Shown: positions 53,183 through 62,860 of the stretch, piece after piece
Numbering within the stretch: the first letter of the stretch is position 1
How the letters are laid out: each line of letters starts with the position of its first letter
Source of the DNA: Poseidonia sp.
GTDB lineage: Archaea; Thermoplasmatota; Poseidoniia; Poseidoniales; Poseidoniaceae
NCBI GenBank assembly: GCA_965661285.1
Contig: CBFIDD010000003.1
Location: 224,001-288,000, forward strand
Direction of reading: 5' to 3'
DNA: 64,000 bases
The notes under the pieces: model-generated
The model's input: the letters and a program-made list of their open reading frames with translations, nothing else
Told to the model about the DNA's origin: nothing
The model's database searches: none
Program-made: the position numbers and the translations under genes

Positions 53183-54421
53183 GTGCACCAACATCGTTTC
53201 GCCCTTCTGTGCGTCGTGTTGATGGTCGCTTCGCTCGCCGGATGCTTCGGCGAAGACGAGGGCGAGGGCGAAATTCTCGTCGCCTCAAACGAACACGGTG
53301 GCGCTGTACCGGACGTCGGCTGGATGACCTCGTACGGCGGGTCGCAAGAGGAATCGCACGGCCACTTCATCCTCGCCTGTGAAGACGGCGGCTACCTGCA
53401 AATCGGTGAAACCGGCTTCATTCCCAACGGCGCTAAACTTCTCGTCGTCAAGGTGAACGCCACGGGTGCGCTCGAATGGAAAAAAGAACTGGGCACCAAA
53501 GGCCACAACTTGGGCAACAGCGCCATCGAAGTGGCGGACGCCTACGTGGTCGTCGGGGCGCTGGACGAGGACAGCACACTCATCAAACTGAACAAAACCA
53601 CCGGAGCCACGATGTGGTCGCAAAGCCACAACTACGGCGGCAGCGACGCCATTGAGCACCTCGTGGCCACGCCCAACGGCTTTGTGGCGGTGGGCTACAC
53701 GAACGCCGAAGACGATGAGAACACCTTCTTCACCGAAGGTCGAGGCCACATGATGTTCCTTGGGCCGTCGGGCGAACAGATCGCAGACCGTTCACTCCAG
53801 GCCCACATGGCGCACGCCTACCGCATCGCCACCTACGAAGGGGACCTGTTCGTGTCCGGGCTGACCGAAGGCGCTGAGGATTATGCGTTACTGCGGGCCG
53901 ACGTCACGGGTGAGGTGAAGTGGACCAAAACCTACGGCGGCAGCGAGCCTGACCACAACTTTGCGTTCGGTATGACCTCGGACGGCTTGATGTACCTCTC
54001 CGGACACACCCTCTCGGGTACCGAAAACTGGGACACCTACACCGTGAAGGTGGGCACCGAAGGTGACGTGCTGTGGGAAGCGAAGAACGGCAATCCCCGA
54101 GGCTTTGATGCACGCTATATTCACGACGAAGTCTGGGGTCTGCAAGCCCTTGAGGACGGGGGCGTGGCCGTGGTGGCGGGTACGGGTGACGAATACTGGC
54201 GCTACTCAACATGCGACGGCGAAGAATGCTCGGATGCATGGCGTGTCTACGTGCTGAAGTACGATGCTGCGGGCGTCTTGGAATGGGAAGCCACCTACGG
54301 GCCCGAAGGAGGAGATTGGGCCGGTGAAGACCTTTGCGTCAACCAAAACGGCGATCTTGTGGTGGCGGTGGACAACGGCGAATTTGGCTTCCTCGAACTC
54401 AAGCAACCGACCACGGAGTGA
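53183..54421 (+). CDS. Secreted lipoprotein with beta-propeller-like repeats
   Basis: Lipobox LAGC; repeats of the type K....G...W.KTYGG; start 53183 (GTG) or 53156. Confidence 0.72.
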   Translation: MHQHRFALLCVVLMVASLAGCFGEDEGEGEILVASNEHGGAVPDVGWMTSYGGSQEESHGHFILACEDGGYLQIGETGFIPNGAKLLVVKVNATGALEWKKELGTKGHNLGNSAIEVADAYVVVGALDEDSTLIKLNKTTGATMWSQSHNYGGSDAIEHLVATPNGFVAVGYTNAEDDENTFFTEGRGHMMFLGPSGEQIADRSLQAHMAHAYRIATYEGDLFVSGLTEGAEDYALLRADVTGEVKWTKTYGGSEPDHNFAFGMTSDGLMYLSGHTLSGTENWDTYTVKVGTEGDVLWEAKNGNPRGFDARYIHDEVWGLQALEDGGVAVVAGTGDEYWRYSTCDGEECSDAWRVYVLKYDAAGVLEWEATYGPEGGDWAGEDLCVNQNGDLVVAVDNGEFGFLELKQPTTE

Positions 54422-54426
54422 TCGAC

Positions 54427-54933
54427 ATGGGGCCGAATGCAACCTCACCGCCCATCAGCGCCACGCAGGCGTTTGATTGCTCGACCGACGAGCTGTGGGC
54501 GCTCGTCAGCGCGCCGGGCAATCTCAACGATGCGCATCCGTTTTGCGACCAGAACGACGCCTTGGTGTGGGACGGCACAACGCACCGGGACCGTTTGGTC
54601 TACCTCAACGGCCGCACGTACGTTCGGGAATTCCAAACCTGGAACCCCGGAGAAGGCTACACCCTGCTCATCGGTGAGGAGGGCGGGCCGCAATCCTACG
54701 TCGTGTGGACCATCGAAGCGACCTCGGAGGGTGGTTCTCGACTGACCATCACCGTTCATCCCTACTTGCTGGCCAACCTGCCGGGCGTGGTGGCCTTCCT
54801 GCCTTACCGCTTGTGGATTCGGCCCAAAATGCAGCGCTATTTGCGCAGCGTGGTGGGCGGATTTGCGTACGTGGCCTCCACCGGAAAAGCCGTGCCTCGC
54901 AACCACTTCGGGCGCCATTCGTGGTTTTCTTGA
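54427..54933 (+). CDS. SRPBCC-family protein
   Basis: STDELWALVS.PG, REFQTWNPGEGY, SYVVWTIEA..GGSRLTITV. Confidence 0.65.
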   Translation: MGPNATSPPISATQAFDCSTDELWALVSAPGNLNDAHPFCDQNDALVWDGTTHRDRLVYLNGRTYVREFQTWNPGEGYTLLIGEEGGPQSYVVWTIEATSEGGSRLTITVHPYLLANLPGVVAFLPYRLWIRPKMQRYLRSVVGGFAYVASTGKAVPRNHFGRHSWFS

Positions 54934-54984
54934 GCCCTGTGACTTCACCGAAGGTATGATGTCCGTCCTACGCTTCGCCGTAGC

Positions 54985-55347
54985 ATGGTCTTCACGCACG
55001 ACATGGCGGACTGGCTAAGTTTCAACATCGACGAGGCATGGCTCGCCGAGAACATCTCCTGGAAGGATTTCGGCACCGGTGTGCGCCTTGGAAAGCTCAA
55101 GCGTGAGGAGAAAACCTCGCTCGTGCTCTACGAGGCCCAGTCCGACGTTGAGGTGGACGCCTTCATGCCTCACAGCCATCCGGGTGGCGAGTGCTACGTC
55201 GTCCTTGAAGGCGAAGTCTGGGACGAAGACGGCTCATATCCCACGGGCTCGATCGTTTGGATGGACCCTGAGTCCACCCACACGCCCAAGACGCGTGGCA
55301 AGACGCTCATTCTCGTGCTTTGGCCTCAAGGTGTCAAAGCTGCTTGA
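54985..55347 (+). CDS. Cupin-domain protein (ChrR-like cupin)
   Basis: MPHSHPGGECYVVLEG...DEDGSYP.GS....PESTHTP. Confidence 0.8.
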   Translation: MVFTHDMADWLSFNIDEAWLAENISWKDFGTGVRLGKLKREEKTSLVLYEAQSDVEVDAFMPHSHPGGECYVVLEGEVWDEDGSYPTGSIVWMDPESTHTPKTRGKTLILVLWPQGVKAA

Positions 55348-55351
55348 GGCG

Positions 55352-55675
55352 ATGCAAATGGTTCGTGAAATCATCGTCATCAAAATCAGCCAGTCGTACA
55401 GAAAGGGTATGACCCCCGATGAGCTTTACTTGGCCACCTCTCGTTCGTGGAAACTCGCTATGGAGCGATGCAAGGATGTTCGAACTGTGCTGTGTGTCGC
55501 CGAGAACGAGGTGAAGGAAGTCTACAGCGTGGATGAGTGGATAGAATCCTCAGATGAGGGCAGAAAGGAGTTTGTTGGCAGCGTCGCCAACGAACCGCTT
55601 CGCTCTTCATGGCTCGGTCAAGACGCAACCGAAATTGCTGCAAAATACAGCCCAATTCGCTACATACCCGAGTAA
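55352..55675 (+). CDS. Small protein resembling the C-terminal domain of LEM-3-like GIY-YIG proteins
   Basis: LY.ATSRSWKL, VLCV...VKEVY.VDEW, GRKEFVG.VA...LR..WLG, SPIRY; slightly lower GC than its neighbours. Confidence 0.5.
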   Translation: MQMVREIIVIKISQSYRKGMTPDELYLATSRSWKLAMERCKDVRTVLCVAENEVKEVYSVDEWIESSDEGRKEFVGSVANEPLRSSWLGQDATEIAAKYSPIRYIPE

Positions 55676-55684
55676 AGAGGCCAC

Positions 55685-56104
55685 TCAAGCTTCTGCTGCT
55701 GCTTCCTCATCGTTGAGGTGGAGGAAACCAGAAATTCCCATGGCCGCCAGCAGGGCGACCACAACACCAAGGACAATCGGGTCGTTGTAGCCGTAATCGA
55801 CAGCTTCGCCGGCCATGTAAAGCAGAACCATTACGACGATCATCGCGCCCGAGGAGGCCATGGCGAGAATGGACAAGGGTCGACCCTTGACGACCAGGCC
55901 TGTGGTCAACGCCATGCCGGCAAAAGCCGCCGAGAAGAGGCCGAACGTTTGCTCGTAAAACACATCACGGTCCGTGGGGTCCGGGTAGGCCGTCTCAGCT
56001 GAAGTTTCTCCGGTGAGGTAATTCATCGTGCCCAACAACAGGAAGATGACACCGAAGGCGATGAGCCAACCCTTTGGGTTGAGGACGTTGTTCTTCCAAT
56101 CCAT
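55685..56104 (-). CDS. 4-TM membrane protein, paralog 3
   Basis: NVLNPKGWLIAFG...GFLHLNDEEAAAEA. Confidence 0.75.
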   Translation of the reverse strand: MDWKNNVLNPKGWLIAFGVIFLLLGTMNYLTGETSAETAYPDPTDRDVFYEQTFGLFSAAFAGMALTTGLVVKGRPLSILAMASSGAMIVVMVLLYMAGEAVDYGYNDPIVLGVVVALLAAMGISGFLHLNDEEAAAEA

Positions 56105-56106
56105 GT

Positions 56107-56484
56107 TCAGGCCTCCGCAGCGGGTGCGGCGTCATCCATGTTCCAGCCCATCACGCCCGACAGGGCAGGCAGACCCCAAAGGACGATCGGCATGATTGTC
56201 TCAGGGAAAGGAGCGGCTGGGTTACCGAGCATCTGCAGGTCAAGGGCAGCACAAACCACGAACCAGACAACGGCGGGGCCGCAAATGACGGCAGCGAGAC
56301 GAGCTTGGGCTTGACCTTCGAGCATGAACGCGGCATAGAAGAGCGAGACGCTGGTGAGCGAGAAGAACCCGATGATGGCGAGTTCGTCGGTACCGTACTC
56401 CGCAAGGGAACCACCAACACCGAGGAGGGTGTGACCGAGGGCGATAACGATGAGCCAGAGTTTGGTGTTTTCAAGCGCGTTCAT
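56107..56484 (-). CDS. 4-TM membrane protein, paralog 2
   Basis: LENTKLWLIVI...SGVMGWNMDDAAPAAEA. Confidence 0.75.
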   Translation of the reverse strand: MNALENTKLWLIVIALGHTLLGVGGSLAEYGTDELAIIGFFSLTSVSLFYAAFMLEGQAQARLAAVICGPAVVWFVVCAALDLQMLGNPAAPFPETIMPIVLWGLPALSGVMGWNMDDAAPAAEA

Positions 56485-56486
56485 CT

Positions 56487-56927
56487 TCAGGCCTCAGTAG
56501 CAGGTGCTTCGTCATCGTTCATGTGCATGTAGCCAGAGGCCGTCAACGCGATGAGCACCACAAAGAGTGGGGCAGCTTGTGCCATGGGAACCTCGTAGCC
56601 GTTGCTGTTCGATACGGTCAACAAGACGAGGAAGGTGACGATGAACGTCAAACCGGCGGTCAGCGCCATCTTGGCCCGGTCAGAGCCGGAGAGGAGGAGA
56701 CCGGAAGCGATGGCCAAGATGCCGTAAGGAATACCAAAGATCCCCCAGCCTTCTTCGTAGCCAGTTGCAATGGCGAGTTCTTGCGCTGAGAGTGCGCCGT
56801 ATTCTGTTTCCAGTGCCGCTGTGGCGGTATCGCCGGCCATGGCGTAGTTCATGATGCTGAACAGTATGTTGACAATTCCTACACCAATGAGCCATCCTTT
56901 CGGGTTGAGTATATTTTTTGCATCCAT
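56487..56927 (-). CDS. 4-TM membrane protein, paralog 1
   Basis: NILNPKGWLIGVG...SGYMHMNDDEAPATEA. Confidence 0.75.
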   Translation of the reverse strand: MDAKNILNPKGWLIGVGIVNILFSIMNYAMAGDTATAALETEYGALSAQELAIATGYEEGWGIFGIPYGILAIASGLLLSGSDRAKMALTAGLTFIVTFLVLLTVSNSNGYEVPMAQAAPLFVVLIALTASGYMHMNDDEAPATEA

Positions 56928-56999
56928 TTTATCACTTTTAAAGAGAGATGGGTTATCTCCTTTATAGTCTTGCCCTAAAACAAGTCAATATATACCGAA

Positions 57000-57287
57000 T
57001 TATTTCGGGTCATATTCTCCGCCCGAGAGCAGGCCTTCAAACAAAAACGGCCCTGCCGGCACCACCGCAGCGATGAAGCCGTGAATCAGCGCCGTGCTCG
57101 TCCAGTGCTTGCCCACGCCCATGAGCAGCAGGCCAACATAAGCCACGAACAGACCGCCGTGAAGCGAGCCGAACAGCGAGACCATTTCGGGCTCACCAGC
57201 GATGTACTTGAGCGGCATCGCGTAGAACATCAAGATGAGGAAGGAAAAGCCTTCCAAGTAGCCGACCAAGGTCACCCAGCGCTTCAC
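57000..57287 (-). CDS. DUF3817-family membrane protein
   Basis: LEGFSFLILMFYAMPLKY, GSLHGGLFVAY, AAVVPAGPFLFE. Confidence 0.85.
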   Translation of the reverse strand: MKRWVTLVGYLEGFSFLILMFYAMPLKYIAGEPEMVSLFGSLHGGLFVAYVGLLLMGVGKHWTSTALIHGFIAAVVPAGPFLFEGLLSGGEYDPK

Positions 57288-58264
57288 GCCTTGACCTCGA
57301 CCATCGGTCTACTTGAACCGCACGAGGGGCATTCCTGGTCGTCGCTCTCGCCGTAATCGTGCTTGCAGGCTGGACATGCCGAAGCCAGCTCCATCTTCCC
57401 CATGGCTTCCACGGCCTCGCCCTGAAGGGAGAGGTAACCGCTGTTGACGTTGCCCACGGTGTAGCGACCCGCACCACCAAGTCGGACCAAAAGGTCGGGC
57501 GGCAGCGTGACGGTTCCGGTTTCGTCGATGATCAACTCACGGTCCTCACTGAGGTTCTCAACGTCCACCCCTTCGCCGTGTTCGGCGACGAAGCGGCCGT
57601 CCCGCAATTCAAGCGAGCGGTTGGCGAAGGCTGCGACTTCCTTCGAATGGGTCACGATCAGGAAGGACACCCCATCGTTTTGGTGCAGGTCCTTGAACAG
57701 GGCCAGGACTTCGCGGCTGGTGACCGGGTCGAGCGCACCGGTCGGCTCGTCTGCCAAAATGAGGCGAGGTTGCGTGATGAGGGCCCGAGCGATGGCCACT
57801 CGTTGCTGCTCACCGCCGCTCAGCATGGCTGGCAGGGCGTTGATGCGGTGACCCATGCCCAGGCGTGTTAGCATGGCGTCGGCCAGAGCGAGGGCTTTCT
57901 TCGACGACACACCTTGGTGGCGAAGCGGCTGGGCGACGTTGTCTCGGGCGTTCAAATCGGGCAGGAGATTTCCTTCCTGGAAGATGAACGAAACCGTCTT
58001 TTGGCGCAGTTCAACCAGTTCTTGACCGGTCAAACGGGTCATGTTCTTGCCCGACAACCTGACCGAGCCAGCGCTGGGTTTCATCAGGCCGCCAAGGCAC
58101 TTCATGAGGGTGGATTTTCCTGAACCCGAAGGGCCGACCACGGCGATGGCCTCGCCGGCCTTCATGTCGATGTGAAGACCACGAAGCGCCACGACGTTGC
58201 CGTCCTCGGCTTTGGATTCGTAGACGTGGTAGAGGCCGTCAGCATGCAGAATCGTGTCGCTCAT
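57284..58264 (-). CDS. ABC ATPase (LolD/MacB-like) with C-terminal AbrB-like segment and zinc ribbon
   Basis: GPSGSGKST, LSGGEQQR, ADEPTGALD; then IDETGTVTLPPDLL and CPAC...CPSCG. Confidence 0.9.
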   Translation of the reverse strand: MSDTILHADGLYHVYESKAEDGNVVALRGLHIDMKAGEAIAVVGPSGSGKSTLMKCLGGLMKPSAGSVRLSGKNMTRLTGQELVELRQKTVSFIFQEGNLLPDLNARDNVAQPLRHQGVSSKKALALADAMLTRLGMGHRINALPAMLSGGEQQRVAIARALITQPRLILADEPTGALDPVTSREVLALFKDLHQNDGVSFLIVTHSKEVAAFANRSLELRDGRFVAEHGEGVDVENLSEDRELIIDETGTVTLPPDLLVRLGGAGRYTVGNVNSGYLSLQGEAVEAMGKMELASACPACKHDYGESDDQECPSCGSSRPMVEVKA

Positions 58265-58266
58265 CT

Positions 58267-61200
58267 TCACTCCCCCTTCAGCACGCTGGCCAAGTCCGCC
58301 TTCAGCGCCCGACGTGTCGTCACCAACAACGCCACCACAACAGCTGCAAACACCGCCAAGGACACCATGATGATCTGGGTCCACGGGTAAACCAGCGTCC
58401 GTTGGATGGTGGTGGTGGAACCACCGAAGATTTGGAAGATGAAGCCGAAGATGTCAAAGAAACCGTTGAACGACAGCGCCAGACCAACACCAAGCACGAT
58501 ACCGAGCGCCATGGAGACCATCACGATGGAAAGAATCTCGAACAGCACGAGGCGAATGATTTGGTTGGGCGAAGCCCCAATCGCCTGCAACACCGCCAGT
58601 TCTTTCTGACGCTGGCTGAGCACGAGGGACAGGAACACGAAGCTCGAGGCGACCGCTGCCACGCTGGCGACGACGAACTGCAACGAGAGCAGACCGGGCG
58701 TACCGAAAATCAGTCCGCCGTTGCGCTCCACGTCCTTGTGGGTGCTCGACCAGTCAACCACCGAGGAGACCCGTGCATCGGCCGAAACCTGGGAGGCGAG
58801 CGACTCGAGGGCGTCGCCTTCCACGCCGTCGACGCGGACAATCCACGTCGTGGAGGTGTAATTGGTCGCTGCATCGGCACCGACGAGGGAAATCCATGCG
58901 TCCTCACCGATGATAAGCGCAGAGGAAATGGTGGCCGCACTCACGCCAGGAATGTATTCGTGGGTGCCCATGTAGTACATGTTCGTGGTGTAGGGCGTGA
59001 CGATGATGCGAACGGTCGTGTCGGCCAAGAACAGGTCCGAAGCCAGCGGCGGTGGAATCTGGGAAGGACCTGACAAACAGCCCGTTTCGTCCGCAGAGGA
59101 ACCGTCGGGACAGGTCGCGTTGGTGAGCGTGGCCCCGGAGAGGTCGAAGAAACCGAACATGCCTTCCATGTTGGCATCGGTCAAGTCAGCGCCTTCGAGC
59201 GAGCCGCCCATGAAGTTCACCAGTACGGTGTTCTGCAGGTTCGCACCCCGCAGGTCAGCACCGGTCAAGTTCGCGTCCCAGAGAATGGATTCGCTCAGGT
59301 TCACGCCCGCCAAGTCGGCGTAAGAGAGGTTGCTTCCCGAGAGGTCAATGCGGCTGATGTCGCGCCCCGAGAGGTCTTGATTGGCGAGGTTCACGTCAGA
59401 CCAATCGCTGTCCATCAGGAGGGTGTAGGCAAGGAAGAGCGTCTCGACATCGGGCTCCTCGGTACCGCCGGTGGCGAAGTCAAAGTCGATCTTCTCCCAA
59501 ACGAAGGTAATGGTCTCGGACTTGTCGTCGCTGGCCTTGAGCAGTACGTCGTTGAGTTCGTTCTCGTCCCCACCGCGGTCGGAGCCCGGCAGGTCGAGGG
59601 AATAGGCAGCGTCGGGACCGGCGCTGAACCCACCGGCGGCGTAGGCGTTGAGCGTGGCGCCGATGTCTTCACCGGGCAAGGCTTGTTCGCTCCATTTGAG
59701 CACATCGCCGTTACCATCGAACAACACGTAGGTCTGCAGCGCATCCCCCCCGTTTTGATCGCTCAGCGTCAACTCGGACACGCTGGTGGCGACCGGCGTG
59801 GTCTTCCCGTCGGTGAACTCACCGAGCAGGGCCAAAGCGGCGGCCTCGTCGATGGGTTGCTCAAGGGTGATTTGGAGGTCGGAGCCGACCGTGGCGTCCA
59901 CGGTCTTCTCGTCCACGAGCGTCCCGGTGTAGCCTTGAACGGCGGCCAGGGTCACGATGGAGAGCGTCAAGAGCATGATGACAGCGAGCCGGTTCACCGA
60001 TTCAGCCGAGCCAGAACCCTTGAGGCCGCGCTTGACATCCTTGAGCAGCGGCGTGCGGCCAAAGAGCACCTGCATGATTTGCGGACCTTTGGCGCCGATA
60101 CGGCCGAGCAGCAAGGCACCGCCAATCCACAAGGCAAAGGGCCCGAAGATGCCGATGAGGCCTTCGATGAAGAAGTTGGAAACGAGACCGTCCTCGCTGC
60201 CGTTGGCCTCCAGCCATGTATCGCCCACGGCAAGCATCCCGAACAGGAAGGCCAGCCAGTGAAGCCAGCGCTTGGGTTCGGCAGCGGCCGAGGTTTTGCG
60301 TACGCCCTCTTCGATTTCAAGTTCGATGAACTGGCGCGCTCGGCTGCGACCAAAGAGCAAGGCAAGCCCCAGCGTGGTGACGGCCGTGAAGATGGTGGAG
60401 CCCACCGAGAGCGTGGGATTGACGTCAAAGTCGCCGGTTCTGAACTCCATGAAGCCGACCGCAGAGAGGACGATGGGCACGGCCAGAAGCGCCAGCAGGT
60501 AGCCGACGAGCCACGCCACCGAGGACATGACGAAGAGTTCCAGCAGCACCATGCCCTGCAAGCGCTGCCCGTCCGCACCGATGACCCGGTGGATGCTGAC
60601 CTCACGGCGGCGTTGCTCGAGCGAGAGCACCAGCCCGTAGATTAGCACGGAAATGGAGAGGAAGACGATGGGAATCATGATGATGTAATCGAAAATCTGG
60701 ATCAAACCGAGGAAGATGTTCAGGAAGGTGATGGTCCCGCTGATGATATCGGTGTAGTACAGCTCGACCTCCTCGTCGGTGTAGGTGCCGTCCTGCACTT
60801 GGGTACCCAAGTTCTCAAGCCACTCGGCGGCGTCGGCGGTTGAGGAAGTGGGCAGGGCCCCACGGTCAATGGTGACCCCCAGGTACATGTGGTCGTAATC
60901 CATCAGGGTCGCTCGCTGGGTTTCTTCCATCACGGTCCACGTGGAAAAGATGGGGTTGAACGGTAGCGTCGGGTTGCCGAAGGGCCAGGGCTCGTAGATG
61001 CCCATCACGGTCAGGTTTTCGACGGTCATCGTCATACGGCAGTAAATCATCTCGTTGTTTTCCGGCGTGATTTCACCCGCACAATTGTCCTCGGTCACCG
61101 TGCCCTCAAGCAGGGTGGATTCGTCCACGACGTAGACGAAGTTCAGCGATTCGAGCACGTCGCCCACGTTGGCTTGGGCTTCGCTGGCGATGGTGGACGG

Positions 61201-61890
61201 CAGGATAATGCCACGGTTTTCGGACATGTTCTCCGGCGTTGGCCACTCGCCCAGTCCAGCGATGATGTTCTCACTCAGTCGGTTGGCCAATTCGCCGTCA
61301 AAGGCCTCGGGACCGAGGAAACGGATGGCACGCTTATCGGAAATGGGCGGGCCGGCGTCGGCGGCTTCGGGATAGTCGAAGGTGACGTTGCTCCAGTAGG
61401 GGTTCTCGTCGTCCACGATGGTCCGCATTTCAAGCGGCTGCGCGACAACGAAATCCAAATTGAAGAAGCCCCCGCTGTGAATCCCTTGCCGTCCGAGCAC
61501 AAGGGTACAGTCGTTGAATTCGGTCGAGAATTCCGTTAGCAATTCATCGCACACACCGGTCATGGTCGTGGTGTTGTTCGACCAACCCGTGCCGTTTTCT
61601 ACCGGCGTGCGGGCGTATTCGATCTTGGCGTCAAAGGGCTCGGATTTGAGCGATTCTTCGAAGAAGAGTTGCGACAATCCGACGCCGTACGCGAGCACCG
61701 TCGTGATGACGAGGGAAGCGAGGAAGACACCGGCGATGACGGCGAGACCACGCTCTCGTCCGCGCCAGGCACCTTGCGCGGCCAGACGAAGCGAGCTGGG
61801 GAGTTCGACCACTTTGTGTTGAATTCGGCGAAGACGGGAGCGGTCGGTGGCGAAGTCGGACGGAACGAGTTCCTTTGGCTCGGTGCTCAT
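58267..61890 (-). CDS. FtsX/MacB-type ABC permease with inserted pentapeptide repeats
   Basis: Two FtsX domains (QRRREVSIHRVIGA, QRQKELAVLQAIGASPNQ); NLSYADLAGVNLSES..ANLTGADLRGANL repeats. Confidence 0.88.
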   Translation of the reverse strand: MSTEPKELVPSDFATDRSRLRRIQHKVVELPSSLRLAAQGAWRGRERGLAVIAGVFLASLVITTVLAYGVGLSQLFFEESLKSEPFDAKIEYARTPVENGTGWSNNTTTMTGVCDELLTEFSTEFNDCTLVLGRQGIHSGGFFNLDFVVAQPLEMRTIVDDENPYWSNVTFDYPEAADAGPPISDKRAIRFLGPEAFDGELANRLSENIIAGLGEWPTPENMSENRGIILPSTIASEAQANVGDVLESLNFVYVVDESTLLEGTVTEDNCAGEITPENNEMIYCRMTMTVENLTVMGIYEPWPFGNPTLPFNPIFSTWTVMEETQRATLMDYDHMYLGVTIDRGALPTSSTADAAEWLENLGTQVQDGTYTDEEVELYYTDIISGTITFLNIFLGLIQIFDYIIMIPIVFLSISVLIYGLVLSLEQRRREVSIHRVIGADGQRLQGMVLLELFVMSSVAWLVGYLLALLAVPIVLSAVGFMEFRTGDFDVNPTLSVGSTIFTAVTTLGLALLFGRSRARQFIELEIEEGVRKTSAAAEPKRWLHWLAFLFGMLAVGDTWLEANGSEDGLVSNFFIEGLIGIFGPFALWIGGALLLGRIGAKGPQIMQVLFGRTPLLKDVKRGLKGSGSAESVNRLAVIMLLTLSIVTLAAVQGYTGTLVDEKTVDATVGSDLQITLEQPIDEAAALALLGEFTDGKTTPVATSVSELTLSDQNGGDALQTYVLFDGNGDVLKWSEQALPGEDIGATLNAYAAGGFSAGPDAAYSLDLPGSDRGGDENELNDVLLKASDDKSETITFVWEKIDFDFATGGTEEPDVETLFLAYTLLMDSDWSDVNLANQDLSGRDISRIDLSGSNLSYADLAGVNLSESILWDANLTGADLRGANLQNTVLVNFMGGSLEGADLTDANMEGMFGFFDLSGATLTNATCPDGSSADETGCLSGPSQIPPPLASDLFLADTTVRIIVTPYTTNMYYMGTHEYIPGVSAATISSALIIGEDAWISLVGADAATNYTSTTWIVRVDGVEGDALESLASQVSADARVSSVVDWSSTHKDVERNGGLIFGTPGLLSLQFVVASVAAVASSFVFLSLVLSQRQKELAVLQAIGASPNQIIRLVLFEILSIVMVSMALGIVLGVGLALSFNGFFDIFGFIFQIFGGSTTTIQRTLVYPWTQIIMVSLAVFAAVVVALLVTTRRALKADLASVLKGE

Positions 61891-62681
61891 TCTTCTTCCC
61901 CTCCTTCGTCTGCGGGCTCTTCGTCGGCAGATTCCCCGTCTGCCTCCCCAACCACCGGCGCCTCATCGGCGTCTTCCTCATCCTCAAGGCCCCAAGCCGA
62001 GCGGATGTCGGAAGCCTCTGTTTTGCCGTCGTTCAGCAACAGCATGCGGTCGGCGTTGGACGCCAAGTCGGGATCGTGAGTAACCATGAGAATGGAAATC
62101 GGGTTCTCTTCGTCATGGCAGAGTTCCTTGAACAATGTCATGACCTCCTTGCCGCTGGCGATGTCAAGGTTGCCCGTGGGCTCGTCAGCCAGCAAAACAG
62201 GACGATTGCCAGCAATGGCACGGGCGATGGCGACCCGCTGCTGTTGACCGCCCGAGAGTTGGTCGGGAATGAAGTGCATGCGGTCGCCCAAACCGACTTT
62301 TTCCAGCGCCGTTCGGGCCGCTGCTTCCGCTTCGCCGGACGACATGCCGGAGAGTTCGAGGGCCATGGCGACGTTGTCCACCGCGGTCAGGTTGTCGAGC
62401 AGATGGAAATCTTGGAAGATCCAACCGACGAGTTCACGACGGACATCGACCACGTTGGAAGGCCCTCGCAAGCCGTAGGAGCGCTTGCCCAGCGTGATGG
62501 TGCCGCTATCACCAGCGAGCAGCCCGCCGATGATGTTGAGCAGGGTGGACTTGCCAGACCCGGACGGCCCCATCAGGGCGACCATTTCGCCCTGCTTGAT
62601 GTCCATGTCTACGCCCTTGAGGACCTGGAGTTTGTTGGAGCCGGAACCGAACGCTTTGGTGAGTCCTTCAACTGATAACAT
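61887..62681 (-). CDS. ABC ATPase (LolD/MacB-like)
   Basis: GPSGSGKST, LSGGQQQR, ADEPTGNLD, VTHD; acidic tail. Confidence 0.92.
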   Translation of the reverse strand: MLSVEGLTKAFGSGSNKLQVLKGVDMDIKQGEMVALMGPSGSGKSTLLNIIGGLLAGDSGTITLGKRSYGLRGPSNVVDVRRELVGWIFQDFHLLDNLTAVDNVAMALELSGMSSGEAEAAARTALEKVGLGDRMHFIPDQLSGGQQQRVAIARAIAGNRPVLLADEPTGNLDIASGKEVMTLFKELCHDEENPISILMVTHDPDLASNADRMLLLNDGKTEASDIRSAWGLEDEEDADEAPVVGEADGESADEEPADEGGEEE

Positions 62682-62860
62682 CCCGGCACCTTTCGTATCA
62701 ATGGGCCTTGAAGGTGTATATCAACCGATGTTTGGATAACCCATCCAGTGGTCATGATTTAGCAAAGCGTTGCTACCGAATTTGGGGACCTCGTCTTCAC
62801 CGTACGAACATGAAATTCGTCGGCGAAACCATCAAGAAAAAAAACCCATCATCGTAAAGC

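Noticed and set aside
59080-59400. Recurring AGGT(T/C)/AAGT(T/C) motifs at 15-nt spacing
   Set aside because: Codons of pentapeptide repeats, not a DNA repeat element.
59377-60645. 422-aa plus-strand ORF
   Set aside because: Antisense to the FtsX permease.
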